This document shows positions 25,501-39,119 of a DNA stretch of 64,000 nt, one piece after another; positions within the stretch are counted from its first letter, which is position 1; each line of letters starts with the position of its first letter. The notes under the pieces are model-generated. The model was not told where the DNA came from and did no database searches. It worked only from the letters and a program-made list of their open reading frames with translations. Source of the stretch: Octopus sinensis (lineage: Eukaryota); contig NW_021832609.1 in NCBI RefSeq assembly GCF_006345805.1, forward strand, positions 1 through 64,000. The letters are read 5' to 3'. The position numbers and the translations under genes are program-made.

Positions 25501-26392
25501 TCATCATCGTTTAGCGTCCGGTTTCCATGGTGGCATGGGTTGGATGGTGCAACTGTGGTCTGGGAAGCCAGAAGGCTGCACCAGGCCCAGTCTAATCTGG
25601 CAATGTTTCTAAAGCTGGATGCCCTTCCTAACGCCTACCACTCCATGAGTGTAGTGGGTGATTTTTACGTGCCACCAGCACAGGTGCCAGACAAGGCTGG
25701 CAAACGGCCACGAGCGGATGGTGCTTTTTACGTGCCACCAGCATGGAAGCCAGTCGGGGCGGCACTGGGAACGGCCACGTTCGGATGGTTCTCTTATGTG
25801 CCACCGGCACTGGTATCACAGCTACAATTTCCATTGATGTTGATCGATTTTGATTTTTGATTTTTGATTTTTGATTTTCACTTGCCTCAACAGGTCTTCA
25901 CAACTAGAGTTTTGTGTCCCAAGAAGGAAAGGTATGCATAAGTGGACTGAGGCCATGGGTTATGGTCTCACTTGTCCTGCCGGGTCTTCTCATGCACCGC
26001 ATACTTCCAGAGGTCTCGGTCTCTAGCCATTTCCTCAGTGAGACCTAAAGTTCGAAGGTCGTGCTTCACCACCTCATCCCAGGTTTTCCTGGGTCTACCT
26101 CTTCCACAGGTTCCCTCAACAGCTAGGGTGTGGCACTTTTTCACACAACTATCTTCATCCATTCTCGCCACATGACCATACCAGCGCAAACGTCTCTCCT
26201 GCACACCACAACTGATGCTTCTTAGGTCCAACTTTTCTCTCAAGGTACTTACACTCTGTCGAGTATGAACACTGACATTACACATCTATCGGAGCATACT
26301 GGCTTCATTTCTTGTGAGCTTATGCATATCCTCAGCAGTCACGGCCCATGTTTCACTGCCATGTAGCATGGCTGTTCGTACACATGCATCAT
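25499..26392 (-). mobile_element. 5'-truncated RTE LINE (ORF C-terminus plus full 3'UTR); second copy at 27504-28395
   Basis: LREKLDLRSISCGVQERRLRWYGHVARMDED..GRGRPRKTWDEVVKHDL followed by the 3'UTR ending (GAT)n. Confidence 0.9.
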
Positions 26393-27437
26393 ACAATATA
26401 TATATATATATATATATATCATCATCATCATCATCATCGTTTAGCGTTCGCTTTCCATGCTAGCATGGGTTGGACGGTTCAACTGGGGTCTGGGAAGCCA
26501 GAAGGCTGCACCAGGCCCAGTTTGATCTGGCAATATTTCTACGGCTGGATGCCCTTCCTAACGCCAACCACTCATGAGAAGAAATAATCTCTTATACTCT
26601 TATAATAATAATCCTTTCAACTATAGGCATAAGGCCTGAAATCTGAGGGGAGTGGAGAGGAAGTGGGGCTAATTGATTACATCGACCCAGTGTTCAACTG
26701 GTATATATATTACTGACCCTGAAATGATGACAAGCAAAGTTGCCTTGGCAGAATTTGAACTCAATGTAAAGGCAGGAAAAATACTGCTAAGAATTCTGAC
26801 AGCTTGCTGCCTTAATAATAATAATAATAATAATAATCCATTCTAGTATAGGCACAAGGCCTGAAATTTTGGGGGAAGGGATATGTTGAGTACATCGACC
26901 CCCAGTACTCAAGTGGGGCTTATTTTATTGATCTCGGCAGCATCTGAACTCAGAGTGTGAAGACAGACAAAATGTCATTATGGTGGTAGTACTCTGTCAG
27001 TTACAACAACGAGGATTCCAGCTGATTTCATCAATGGAACAGCTGGCTCATGAAATTAACATGCAAGAGGCTGCTGAGCACTCCACAGACATGTGTACCC
27101 GTAACATAGTTCACTTTTTCATTTAATCAATTTGTTAATCCTGCCAAAGCTGCTTTTGAGATTTGTCCTGTGTATTGAGAAGGAGCAATTTCTCAAACTA
27201 CTACCCGCCATTGGTTTTTGAGCTTCAAAAATGGGAATTTCGACCTCAAGGATGAATTACACCGCAGTCAACCAATTCAGTTCAATGAAGAGTGATTGAA
27301 TCATCTTCTTCACAAAAATTCACATAAAATGACCAGAGAATTGGCAGAGCAGAAGGATTGTAATAAAAAAAGCTGTGGTGAAACAACTTCACCCAATGGG
27401 CAAGGTTCATCAAACTCAATTGGTTGACCAGTGTGTG

Positions 27438-27505
<68 letters not shown>

Positions 27506-29440
27506 TCATCATCGTTTAGCGTCCGGTTTCCATGGTGGCATGGGTTGGATGGTGCAACTGTGGTCTGGGAAGCCAGAAGGCTGCACCAGGCCCAGTCTAA
27601 TCTGGCAATGTTTCTAAAGCTGGATGCCCTTCCTAACGCCTACCACTCCATGAGTGTAGTGGGTGATTTTTACGTGCCACCAGCACAGGTGCCAGACAAG
27701 GCTGGCAAACGGCCACGAGCGGATGGTGCTTTTTACGTGCCACCAGCATGGAAGCCAGTCGGGGCGGCACTGGGAACGGCCACGTTCGGATGGTTCTCTT
27801 ATGTGCCACCGGCACTGGTATCACAGCTACAATTTCCATTGATGTTGATCGATTTTGATTTTTGATTTTTGATTTTTGATTTTCACTTGCCTCAACAGGT
27901 CTTCACAACTAGAGTTTTGTGTCCCAAGAAGGAAAGGTATGCATAAGTGGACTGAGGCCATGGGTTATGGTCTCACTTGTCCTGCCGGGTCTTCTCATGC
28001 ACCGCATACTTCCAGAGGTCTCGGTCTCTAGCCATTTCCTCAGTGAGACCTAAAGTTCGAAGGTCGTGCTTCACCACCTCATCCCAGGTTTTCCTGGGTC
28101 TACCTCTTCCACAGGTTCCCTCAACAGCTAGGGTGTGGCACTTTTTCACACAACTATCTTCATCCATTCTCGCCACATGACCATACCAGCGCAAACGTCT
28201 CTCCTGCACACCACAACTGATGCTTCTTAGGTCCAACTTTTCTCTCAAGGTACTTACACTCTGTCGAGTATGAACACTGACATTACACATCTATCGGAGC
28301 ATACTGGCTTCATTTCTTGCGAGCTTATGCATATCCTCAGCAGTCACGGCCCATGTTTCACTGCCATGTAGCATGGCTGTTCGTACACATGCATCATACA
28401 ATATATATATATATATATATATATCATCATCATCATCATCATCGTTTAGCGTTCGCTTTCCATGCTAGCATGGGTTGGACGGTTCAACTGGGGTCTGGGA
28501 AGCCAGAAGGCTGCACCAGGCCCAGTTTGATCTGGCAATATTTCTACGGCTGGATGCCCTTCCTAACGCCAACCACTCCATGAGAAGAAATAATCTCTTA
28601 TACTCTTATAATAATAATCCTTTCAACTATAGGCATAAGGCCTGAAATCTGAGGGGAGTGGAGAGGAAGTGGGGCTAATTGATTACATCGACCCAGTGTT
28701 CAACTGGTATATATATTACTGACCCTGAAATGATGACAAGCAAAGTTGCCTTGGCAGAATTTGAACTCAATGTAAAGGCAGGAAAAATACTGCTAAGAAT
28801 TCTGACAGCTTGCTGCCTTAATAATAATAATAATAATAATCCATTCTAGTATAGGCACAAGGCCTGAAATTTTGGGGGAAGGGATATGTTGAGTACATCG
28901 ACCCCCAGTACTCAAGTGGGGCTTATTTTATTGATCTCGGCAGCATCTGAACTCAGAGTGTGAAGACAGACAAAATGTCATTATGGTGGTAGTACTCTGT
29001 CAGTTACAACAACGAGGATTCCAGCTGATTTCATCAATGGAACAGCTGGCTCATGAAATTAACATGCAAGAGGCTGCTGAGCACTCCACAGACATGTGTA
29101 CCCGTAACATAGTTCACTTTTTCATTTAATCAATTTGTTAATCCTGCCAAAGCTGCTTTTGAGATTTGTCCTGTGTATTGAGAAGGAGCAATTTCTCAAA
29201 CTACTACCCGCCATTGGTTTTTGAGCTTCAAAAATGGGAATTTCGACCTCAAGGATGAATTACACCGCAGTCAACCAATTCAGTTCAATGAAGAGTGATT
29301 GAATCATCTTCTTCACAAAACTTCACATAAAATGACCAGAGAATTGGCAGAGCAGAAGGATTGTAATAAAAAAAGCTGTGGTGAAACAACTTCACCCAAT
29401 GGGCAAGGTTCATCAAACTCAATTGGTTGACCAGTGTGTG

Positions 29441-29443
<3 letters not shown>
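25499..29443 (+). repeat. Near-identical ~2.0-kb tandem duplication (25499-27440 and 27504-29443)
   Basis: Offset of 2003-2005 bp throughout; only a few differences seen (GTGAG/GCGAG, AAAAATT/AAAACTT, repeat counts); both units are bounded by (TA)n. Confidence 0.95.
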
Positions 29444-29489
<46 letters not shown>

Positions 29490-30100
29490 GAGGTGCAATA
29501 GCCCAGTGGTTAGGGCAGCATACTTGCAGTCATGGGATTGCAGTTTCAATTCCCAGATCGGGCTTTATGAATGTTTATTGAATGAAAACACCTAAAGCTC
29601 CATTAGGCTCCAGCAGGGGTGGGGGCAACCCTGCTATACTCTTTCACCACAACTTTCTCTCACTCTTACTTCCTGTTTCTGTCACACTGAATCTCCCCGA
29701 GAACTATGTTACGGGTACACATGTCTGTGGAGTGCTCAGCAGCCTCTTGCATGTTAATTTCATGAGCCAGCTGTTCCATTGATCAGATCAGCTGGAATCC
29801 TCGTTGTTGTAACTGACAGAGTACCACCATCATATATATATACATATATATATATAATATATATACGCACACAATTTGACCAAAAGTCACCCAACAGTAA
29901 ATCAAATTTCCATAAATACTATCTGTAATTCTGTATTGGCTAATGGAAAAATGTGTCTCTCAAGAAGGACTTCATGTGTGTGTGTGCATGTATATGTGTA
30001 TGTATATATATATATATATATATACTTACATTTAATTTTAGATACCATGCACTACACACTGAAATAATAAGTTTTGCATTTTCCATTTCTTTTCTTCAAG

Positions 30101-30142
30101 GTGCTGAAAATAATTATGCAACTATTCCAGATGAAGCTCTCA
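30101..30142 (+). CDS. Duplicated 42-nt phase-1 exon (SAENNYATIPDEAL)
   Basis: Acceptor TTTCTTTTCTTCAAG and donor A|GTAAGT; flanks are homologous to about 25180-25410. Confidence 0.65.
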
Positions 30143-30290
30143 GTAAGTATAATTAACACCAAATGACAAATAATTTTGCATTGGTTTCAATGTTTGGCAC
30201 AAGGCCAGCAATTTTTTAGGAGGGAGAAATCAATTTCATCAACCCCATTGCTCAATCTGTACTTACTTTATGTATATGTGTGTATATATG

Positions 30291-30355
<65 letters not shown>

Positions 30356-30699
30356 TGGAGGCACAATAGCCCAGTTGTTAGGGCAGCATACTTGCAGTCA
30401 CGTCTGTGGAGTGCTCAGCCACTTGCACGTTAATTTCATGAGCCAGCGGTTCCATTAATCAGATCAAATGGAACCCTCGTTGTCGTAACTGACAGAGTAC
30501 TACCAGCATATATATATACAGTTTGATGAAAAGTTACCCAACAGCAAATCAAATTTCCATAAATACTATCTGTAATTCTGTATTGACTCAAATGGAAAAA
30601 TGTGTTACTCAAGAAGGACTTCAGTTGGAACAATTTTCATGATGTTTTACATTTAGTTGCTTTTATTAAACCCATTCAGTTGTTAAACATAAATAAATC

Positions 30700-31500
30700 T
30701 TGGAATTAAGTGGTTTTGATTTGCTGTCCGGTGACTTTTGGCCAGCTCTTAACGCATTGGGCTGAGGAATAATTCATAGGCCTTTTCTTCACATTTAACA
30801 ATGTGCACGGAAATAAAATACATTGGCAAAACGTTTTATGTTATTTGAGAGAAGTTTCTGCTCAACAAGATAATGTATTTTGATTTTTTTAATTTTATTG
30901 ATTTTTGTGCATTTTCAGATCATTAAAATGCACTTTCAAGAGGACAAAACTTAGCATTTTCGACACCATTCACTTTTTCATTTAATCAATTTGTTAATCC
31001 TGCCAAAGCTGCTTTTGAGATTTGTCCTGTGTATTGAGAAGGAGCAATTTCTCAAACTACTACCCGCCATTGGTTTTTGAGCTTCAAAAATGGGAATTTC
31101 GACCTCAAGGATGAATTACACAGCAGTCAACCAATTCAGTTCAATGAAGAGTGATTGAATCATCTTCACAAAACTTCACATAAAATGACCAGAGAATTGG
31201 CAGAGCAGAAGGATTGTAATAAAAAAAGCTGTGGTGAAACAACTTCACCCAATGGGCAAGGTTCATCAAACTCAATTGGTTAACCAGTGTGTGATCTGTC
31301 CTTAAAGTCAAAATGCCCATTTTTGAAGCACGTAAACCAATGGCAAACAGTACTTTGAGAAAGTGCTGCTTCTCCATACACATCACAAATCTCACGAGCA
31401 GCTTTAGTATTAACACCTCAATTAAATGCAAAGAACAAATGGTGTTAAAAATGTTCATTTTGTCCACTTGACATTCCCTTTTAATGATCTGACAATACAC
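30700..31500 (+). mobile_element. Mariner-like transposase pseudogene (N-terminal HTH region)
   Basis: From ATG 30928: HFRHHSLFSFNQ..AKAAFEICPVY*EGAISQTTTRHWFLSFKNGNFDLKDE..TRELAE. Confidence 0.8.
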
Positions 31501-31857
31501 AAAAATCAATAAAATTTAAAAAATCAAAACACTGTTTTGTAGAGCCTTGGCTGCCAAACTGGGGTTTGTGGACTTCCGAGGTCTGCAAAGCAAAATTAGG
31601 GGGTCTTGGTTCGACAATTTTCAGATATTTAATATTCAAAAATCTAGGTTTTCCAGTTTTAGCTAAAACTAAAATCATTGAACATACACGCACTACACAG
31701 AACCCCTAATTTACGATTAAGCAAAAACCTTACAGATAGAATGCATTTGAGTTAATGCACACACATACACATACTTAAATGTAAGTGTCTCTCTGTGGCT
31801 TAATCAATCAGTGCCAGAGTATGGGTGCAACAAGTCTAAACATTGTCTGAAAATTGG

Positions 31858-32502
31858 CAGTGTAAGAGCCCAGAATATACTCCTGCCCAGACTGTACTTG
31901 GGGCTAGTCTGGGCTAGCCCTGACTATACCCCATCCAAACAACCTGGCCAGAATATACCCCTGTCAGGACTATACCCCAGGCTTGCACATAAATAATACA
32001 GATGTACCTCACTTATAAAAGTTACTTCAGAACACATGTAAAATTTGATATCACTGGATGAAGAATTAAAAGTTACATATAAATTTTGATTTAAACAGCA
32101 ATTTAGAATTATCAAATGCAAAATACTTTTAAAATGTACCAATGTAAACCCAGCATGAATGGCCACATTTGTGCGAGTCTATGCTATGACTCATAGTATC
32201 AGCATGCTGCAAAGCATGCATGAGTCATCAGCTTTTCCAGTCTACCTATACATTGGGTTTATATTGGTACATGGAATATTTGCATTTGATAATTTTAAAT
32301 TCCTATGTTTAAATCAAAATCCTTCATCGATTGTCATCAAATTTTATATATGTTCTGAGACAACTTTTATAAGTGAGGTATATCTGTGTCATTTGTCTAC
32401 AAGCATGGGGTATAGTCTGAACAGGGTTATATCCAAGGCTGGCTGTCTGGAGGGGGCCACAGGTATAGTCTGGGCAGGGGTATATTCTGGGCTGTTACAG
32501 TG
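31858..32502. mobile_element. MITE-like element with ~290-bp diverged inverted arms
   Basis: Ends CAGTGTAAGAGCCCAGAATATA and TATATTCTGGGCTGTTACAGTG; internal GACTATACCCC subrepeats. Confidence 0.75.
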
Positions 32503-32776
32503 GCCGTAACACTAGCACATTCATGACATGGTCTGCAAGAGTGGTTTATGAAGAGATTGCAATTTGTTTTCACCATCATACATTTACGAACGCCTATATT
32601 TTCAACATATTTATCATCATAAGTTCATTCTTAATTTTACTTATGTTTTTTATTAAGCGTCAATAATTATGGACCTAATAGGCCAATAAAAAGATAAGCT
32701 ACTAGTGCTGTCAGAATTAAGACATTCATTCCACATAAAGTATTTAGTGACTTTTAGCTGAACTTTTTTCAAGTAG

Positions 32777-32794
32777 CTACAAAACATTACAATG
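32777..32794 (+). CDS. Candidate 18-nt symmetric phase-1 micro-exon (TTKHYN)
   Basis: Acceptor TTTTTTCAAGTAG and donor ATG|GTAAGA; in frame with the chain. Confidence 0.4.
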
Positions 32795-32917
32795 GTAAGA
32801 AACTTGACCTAAGTCAAACTGAATGACTAAAATGAGGATATTGAAGTAAAACAAAATTAACCAATTTCAAAGTAACTTCTGCATGAATAAGAACTTACTG
32901 TGCTTTGAAACACATCT

Positions 32918-32950
<33 letters not shown>

Positions 32951-33335
32951 CTGTGTGCGCGCGCACGCACACACACACACACACACACATTAATAGTTAT
33001 CGCCAAGCTAACATGGCAGTCCAGAAAAATAGGATGAATGCTGCCGTTGATTAGCTCCAAGAGGCCATCGCCTCTAGCAAGCTATGTGCCACACGAACCT
33101 GTGTCCATTATAACCTTCGAAAAGGGAAGGTCAGCCACTTCCCCTTGCTGGTCTGGCATCTATAGACTAGTTTCATCCCATACAATACTTTATTTTCCAT
33201 TAAAATTTTTTATTTACTTTCTTCCCATCTTATTAAGTAATATAATTAACGTTACGAAGTTATTTTCATTGTTTACTATCTTCTGCACTTAAGTATTTCT
33301 GTATACATATACAACCATGCCTAGAAGGAAGGTAT

Positions 33336-34498
33336 CAAATTTGTCGCACAACTACAGATTTCTGCACCCCACCCACCAATTTTGATGATCATAACATTCA
33401 GAAAAATCTATATATTTTATCAAACTTTTCTATGAATATGTGTTATATCATGTAGATTCCGAATATGCAAAATTTTGTAGGGTAATTGTTTTAGGAGGGG
33501 TGGGGTGGGGAATTTTGGAAAATTCACTGGTGTCCACTTCAGTTCATCTTAACTTTCAAGAAAATGGATATTTTTTAATGAAATTCTCTACATATATACC
33601 TTTGACTATGTAGATTCCGAGGACATAGGAATTTGGCAAGGAAAACAATTGGGGGTTATTTTTGAGAACTGTTTTCCCCTCAGAGATATTTCAGAGCAAG
33701 TCATCCATATTTGTTTCACTTTCTCCGTTTGTGCATCCGTAGATTTCTACCGAAGCACCAAACAGGCAATTAAGACAAATGAAGCTCTCATCAGAAAACT
33801 CGTTATGCTAAAAATAACATCTGAAGGTTTGGTACACAGAAACAGTTTACTAAAACGACTTATCTGTTGCATACGATTTTTTTCTCATTTTAAGTAAATT
33901 CCCAGGTAAACATTCCTAATTGAAAGGCGGAAGACACCAGAAGCAAAAATAAGGAATATACATGTGCAGTTAAATATAGAAGTGTAAAGTATAATTTTTA
34001 CATAATCTCTATAATAAACATGGTATTGAATGGAATAAGTTTCCATTTGAACTTTTTTAATTATGTGTGTGTGTGTGGTATATATCTATGGATGCACAAA
34101 TGCACAAAATGGAGAAAATGAAACAAATATGGATGAATTTTTTCGAAACACCTCCGAGTGAGGAGCAGTTCTCAAAAGTAACCCCCAGTTGTTTTTCCCC
34201 CAAATTCCTTTGTCCTCAGAATCTTCATAGTAGGATGTATATTTGTAGAGAATTTCATTAAAAAATATTCATTTTCTTGAAAGTTAAAATGAATTGAAGT
34301 GGACTCTGGTGAATTTTCTGAAATTCCCCACCCCACATTCTCCTAAAACACTTCCCCCAAAGTTTTTGTGTATTCAGAATCTATATCATATAACATATAT
34401 TTGTAGAAAATTTCAATAAAAATATCCATTTTTCAGAAAGTTACAATCATCGAAAGTTGTGTGGTTGGGGTGCAGAAATCTGTAGTTATGCCAATTTG
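33336..34498. mobile_element. Non-autonomous DNA element with ~360-bp diverged TIRs
   Basis: 33336-33700 is the inverted homologue of 34140-34498; no transposase recognised in the core. Confidence 0.75.
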
Positions 34499-34559
34499 TC
34501 TACAAAGTCATGGGTGGCAGGGTGCAGAAATCCCTAGTTATGCCAATTTTGGTCAGCCA

Positions 34560-35728
34560 AAATAATGTCTCTATCCAGGGAAGGTGAGACAGCTGCAGAA
34601 ATGGAAGCATGCCAAGAAATGAACAGACTGCACTACAAAATACAGAGCATCTCAAATGATGAGCTGAGGTATGCACAACTGACAAGGTATAGGATCTCCA
34701 CTGCAGAACGAAGAGTAGTTGCAATAGCTCAGAGAAGCAACTTCTATGAAGTAGCTTTCAATTATGATCCAGCAGTTCATTATGCAGATGACACTAGAGT
34801 TTCCATTCATGCAATGACAACTGGGTGCATACGTTGTAAAGCAAAGAAGCAGTCTGGAGATATGCCTGCACTGTGAAGAAACTGCTGTCATCAACTCACT
34901 AAGATTCCAAGCACTTCCAAATCAAAATTAGACAATACAATGCTGCACTCGAAGACATCATTTGGAGCCACTAGAGATATAACTGAGCCAGGATTCATGC
35001 AAACTTTCAAGATCCAATGTCAGATTTATCATCAGATTGGCTCTCAACTACCTCTATCAAATGAATCACCAAAATTCCTTCAAATATTTTTAATGGATGA
35101 TTCTCAACAAGAAGGGCAAGAGAGGTGCAAGAACATTTCCAGCATCACAATGAACATTGTAGTATCTCTGCAAAAGATGCTGCATAACAACAACAGCAAC
35201 CTGATCAAAAGCTTCAAGACTGCACTTGAAACAATTCCACTTGACTCCATGAATTACAAGATAGTTATCAGATCAAACAAGAAACCATCTTGTCAACATG
35301 TAGGGAGGTTTAATGCGCCAACAGCAAATGAAATAGCTGTACTTCTGGTTGGGCAAGAATATGACAAGCGTGACATTGTTCTCCATCTCAGAGACAGCAC
35401 ACAGACAGACACAGTCCAACTACAAATGGAAGCTCTCCAAAATACCATACTCACAGCAGTCTTCAAGCTCTGTCAAGAGGAGGAAATTGCTACAAGACTG
35501 CTATACAATGAAGTCCACAATTCTATACCTGGTACCAAAACAAATGGAAAAGACATGCACTTGGAGTACCCACACATCCAGGAATCAAGAAATCAGAGTC
35601 TATGTTGTCCATCCCAACTACTTAGAGTGCTACTATCTAAAGCTTCTATTACACCATGTCAAGAGACCCACATCATATACAGCCTTACGTACGGTTGATA
35701 ACATAGTATATCAAACATATTGCCAGGC
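34560..35728 (+). mobile_element. Helitron Rep-region pseudogene (HUH core deleted)
   Basis: SFGA..PGFMQTFKIQCQIYHQIGS..PKFLQIF, GRFNAPTANEIAVLLVG, then a jump to ECYYLKLLLHHVKRPTSYTALRTVD. Confidence 0.85.
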
Positions 35729-36008
35729 TTGTTTCAACTTATATGTATTTTTTCTGATACACATAATAACAATTCCCTTATATATAAAGTCACTTCAGGG
35801 TCATGGTTTAGAAATAGACGAAATTCTGTGTGAAAGGATAGTTGGATTGTAAAAATTTGAATTAATGGACATTGGAATTAATTTTTACAATCCAGCCATC
35901 TTTTCACACAGAATTTCGTCTATTTCTAAATCATGACCCTGAAATGACTTTATATATAAGGGAACTGTTATTATGTATATAAGAAAAATTATATACAAGT
36001 CGAAACAA
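35729..36008. mobile_element. Fold-back element with ~128-bp inverted arms inserted in the Helitron
   Basis: 35729-35856 is the reverse complement of about 35879-36008. Confidence 0.8.
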
Positions 36009-36280
36009 TTTGTTGGCCTTTTATGGTTTTAGTAATTGTTTATGTTATATAATATTATGTTACGTTATATATTATATTCATAATGTTTAATGTAATGTTG
36101 TTATATAAATAAATTATAGGATTGTCAAGAGCATATCTCTGTATTTAATTTATCTTTATAATTGAATTATACCAATATTTATATAGTATCCTACTGATGT
36201 ACGAGTGAATTTGATGTTTAACACAATCCTTTGAAGGATTTCTTTTCCTCGGTTTGATACTTTATATACATACATACATG

Positions 36281-36359
<79 letters not shown>

Positions 36360-37703
36360 TAGATAGATATATCTATAGATATATATATGTATATATATAT
36401 ATGTGTATATATATATGTGTATATATATATGTGTATATATATATGTGTATATATATATGTATATATATATATAGATGTACATGTAATATGTACACATATA
36501 TATATACACATATATACATGCATATATATATGCATGTATATATACATACATATAAATGTGTATATGTACGTATATACCTATGCATCTACACATATGCATG
36601 TATACATCTCTTATGATAAAAGGCAGATTTTCTCTGCCTCCCAAACGGTTCGTTTTTTATACAATTCTGCAATATAGAATTTCTTCAATTGGAATTTACC
36701 TATCATTTTTACAAGTAGATTCCATCGGGTTGTGGCATGTAAAGTTTTTTCAATTTCACCCCCAATTAAGCAAAAATTCGAGAAATGTAAATATTTTACA
36801 ATTTCCCTCTTTCATTTCAAGTGCTTCACTCCTACCATTACTACTACACTTTCTCCTCCTTTCTCTTTGCAAGTGTGCAACAATTAAAGTGAAAGTATTT
36901 ATATAAAAGGGATGAGCAATTAATACTGGTCATCCTTTTTGCTAGAAGAAGATCCGCTGTGGTCTTATATGCTACACCACTGGTTTTCAATTCATATTAA
37001 TCAAATTAATATTCAATTTTTCACCCTTATTATGTGTGTGTGTATTAGCAATTCGTATAAAATTGCATCAATGACTTGAACTTGAATAAGTGGTTTCACA
37101 TAAATGGGGATACATTAAAAAGGTTTGTTGTTATTATTATTACTGTTTGACTATTGTAATCATGTTTGTTGGTTCCTCGTCAGGGAAACGTTGTTGTGTT
37201 GCATTTGTTAAATAATTGTAAATCGTAACCCCCCCCCTTTCGGAGAAGGGGCTTTGGTTATTGTTTTAAAATTGAATTGCGTCCCTGTTTGGGGAATTTG
37301 ACAATATTTTCACCGTCTTTACGGAAGCATTTTTGTTAAAATGCCTTCGATAGAAGAAAGTCCAAAAATGAATTTCGCTGCAGCCGTACACTTCTATACA
37401 AGAGGGAGGACAAGATCCAATTGATCGAAATTGCAAGAGACGGGCCTACAATTCCAGTCTGTTATATATTTTGAGTATTGTTATCACTAGCGATATCAAG
37501 ATATAACTTTCTATTTTGTATTTTATGTGTAGATGTATATATATATATAGATGTACATGTAATATGTACACATATATATATACACATATATACATGCATA
37601 ATATATCTACCCATACGCACACACACACACACACACACACACATACATAGGGGCAGATGTGGCTGTGTGGTAACAAACTACGTTCGAAGATACTGTACTT
37701 GAT

Positions 37704-38986
37704 ATGGGCAGTAGTGCCTTGCCGGTCTATGGCCTACCTTCAACAAACCGGGAAGGCACAAACACTCTGTCTTCCCATTTGCTGCGTGAGACATGTTTTA
37801 ATGTTGACGAGCTTGCCGAGTACATAGCCGACAATGAGCCAAAGCTCCTTCCAGAACAGAAGTTCGCTTACAACTCCGTTGTTAATTCAGTCCGGGCCAA
37901 AGCTGCGGGGATATTTTTCCTGGGGGCACTGGGAAAACTTTTCTCAACAAATTAATATTGGCTGAGATTAGGCGAACACAAGGCATTGCCCTAGCTGTGG
38001 CATCACCTGGAATTGCGGCTACTTTGTTGCCAGGCGGCAGGACAGCTCACTCCACTTTCAAGCTTCCGCTTGACTTAGCGAAGACTGAGACACCAACTTG
38101 CAACATCAGTAACAGCTCCGATCAGGCAGAAGTCTTCAGACGATGCAAGCTTATCGTTTGGGATGAATGCACGATGGCCCACAGAGGTGCTCTTGAGGCA
38201 CTAGATAGATCTCTCAGAGACATCAAACATTCTTCAGCTCCCATGGGAGGCATAACACTTCTTCTTTCAGGGGACTTTCGACAAACACTTCCCGTTTTTC
38301 CCAAAGGGACTACAACTGATGCAGTATGTGCGTGTCTTAAGTCATCCACATTGTGGCCACTGGTGAAGACTCTCAAACTTCACACCAATATGCGTGCTCA
38401 TATGCGACGTAATATCACATCAGCAGCATTTTCTCACACCCTCCTTGCACTTGGCGAAGGCAAAATACCAGGGGATGAAAATGGTAATATTGCCATCGAT
38501 TCCATTTGTACCATTGTTAAAACGCCTTCTGATCTCAGAGATGCAGTGTTCCCAGATCTACAAGCTAATTATCAGAATATGGATTGGATTGGCCAAAGGG
38601 CTATTCTGGGCCCGAGGAATAAAACTGTTCACCATATTAATGATGAAATGCTAAAACTCATTCCTGGGGATGTCTATGTATATAAGTCTATCGATACAAC
38701 TCCTGACCAAGAGGACGTCATCAACTATCCAACAGAGGTACTCAATTCTTTTGAGCCCCCCGAACTAACACCACACATTCTCAAACTTAAAGTTGGTGCC
38801 CCTATAATGCTCATTAGAAATTTGGTTCCCCAAAACAATGCAATGGCACACGTTCGATCGTTAAGTCCTTATCTCCCACCGTAAACTTATATCAATATTT
38901 GCCTGAATAATCATCATAATTCAGTGCAATCATTAACAGTACTTTCAAGCAATTCAGCCCCGAGCATCGCTGGGCAATTCTGCTAG
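37704..38986 (+). mobile_element. Helitron PIF1-type helicase pseudogene and 3' terminus
   Basis: Frameshifted Walker A, then GRTAHSTFKLP, LIVWDECTM, LLSGDFRQTLPV, NMR, LKVGAPIMLIRNL; 3' hairpin CCCGAGCATCGCTGGG and CTAG|T at 38986. Confidence 0.92.
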
Positions 38987-38991
38987 TATAT

Positions 38992-39023
<32 letters not shown>

Positions 39024-39119
39024 CATGCATACATATGAATGTACAAATGTATATATACATGCATATATATATATATATATAATATATATATATATATGTA
39101 TATATGCATGTATGTAAGT

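Noticed and set aside
35965-36020. Hammerhead 3' half (GTATATAA/TTATATAC hairpin, GAAACAATTTGT) in the Helitron-inserted fold-back
   Set aside because: There is no convincing CUGANGA or helix I; kept only as a fold-back.
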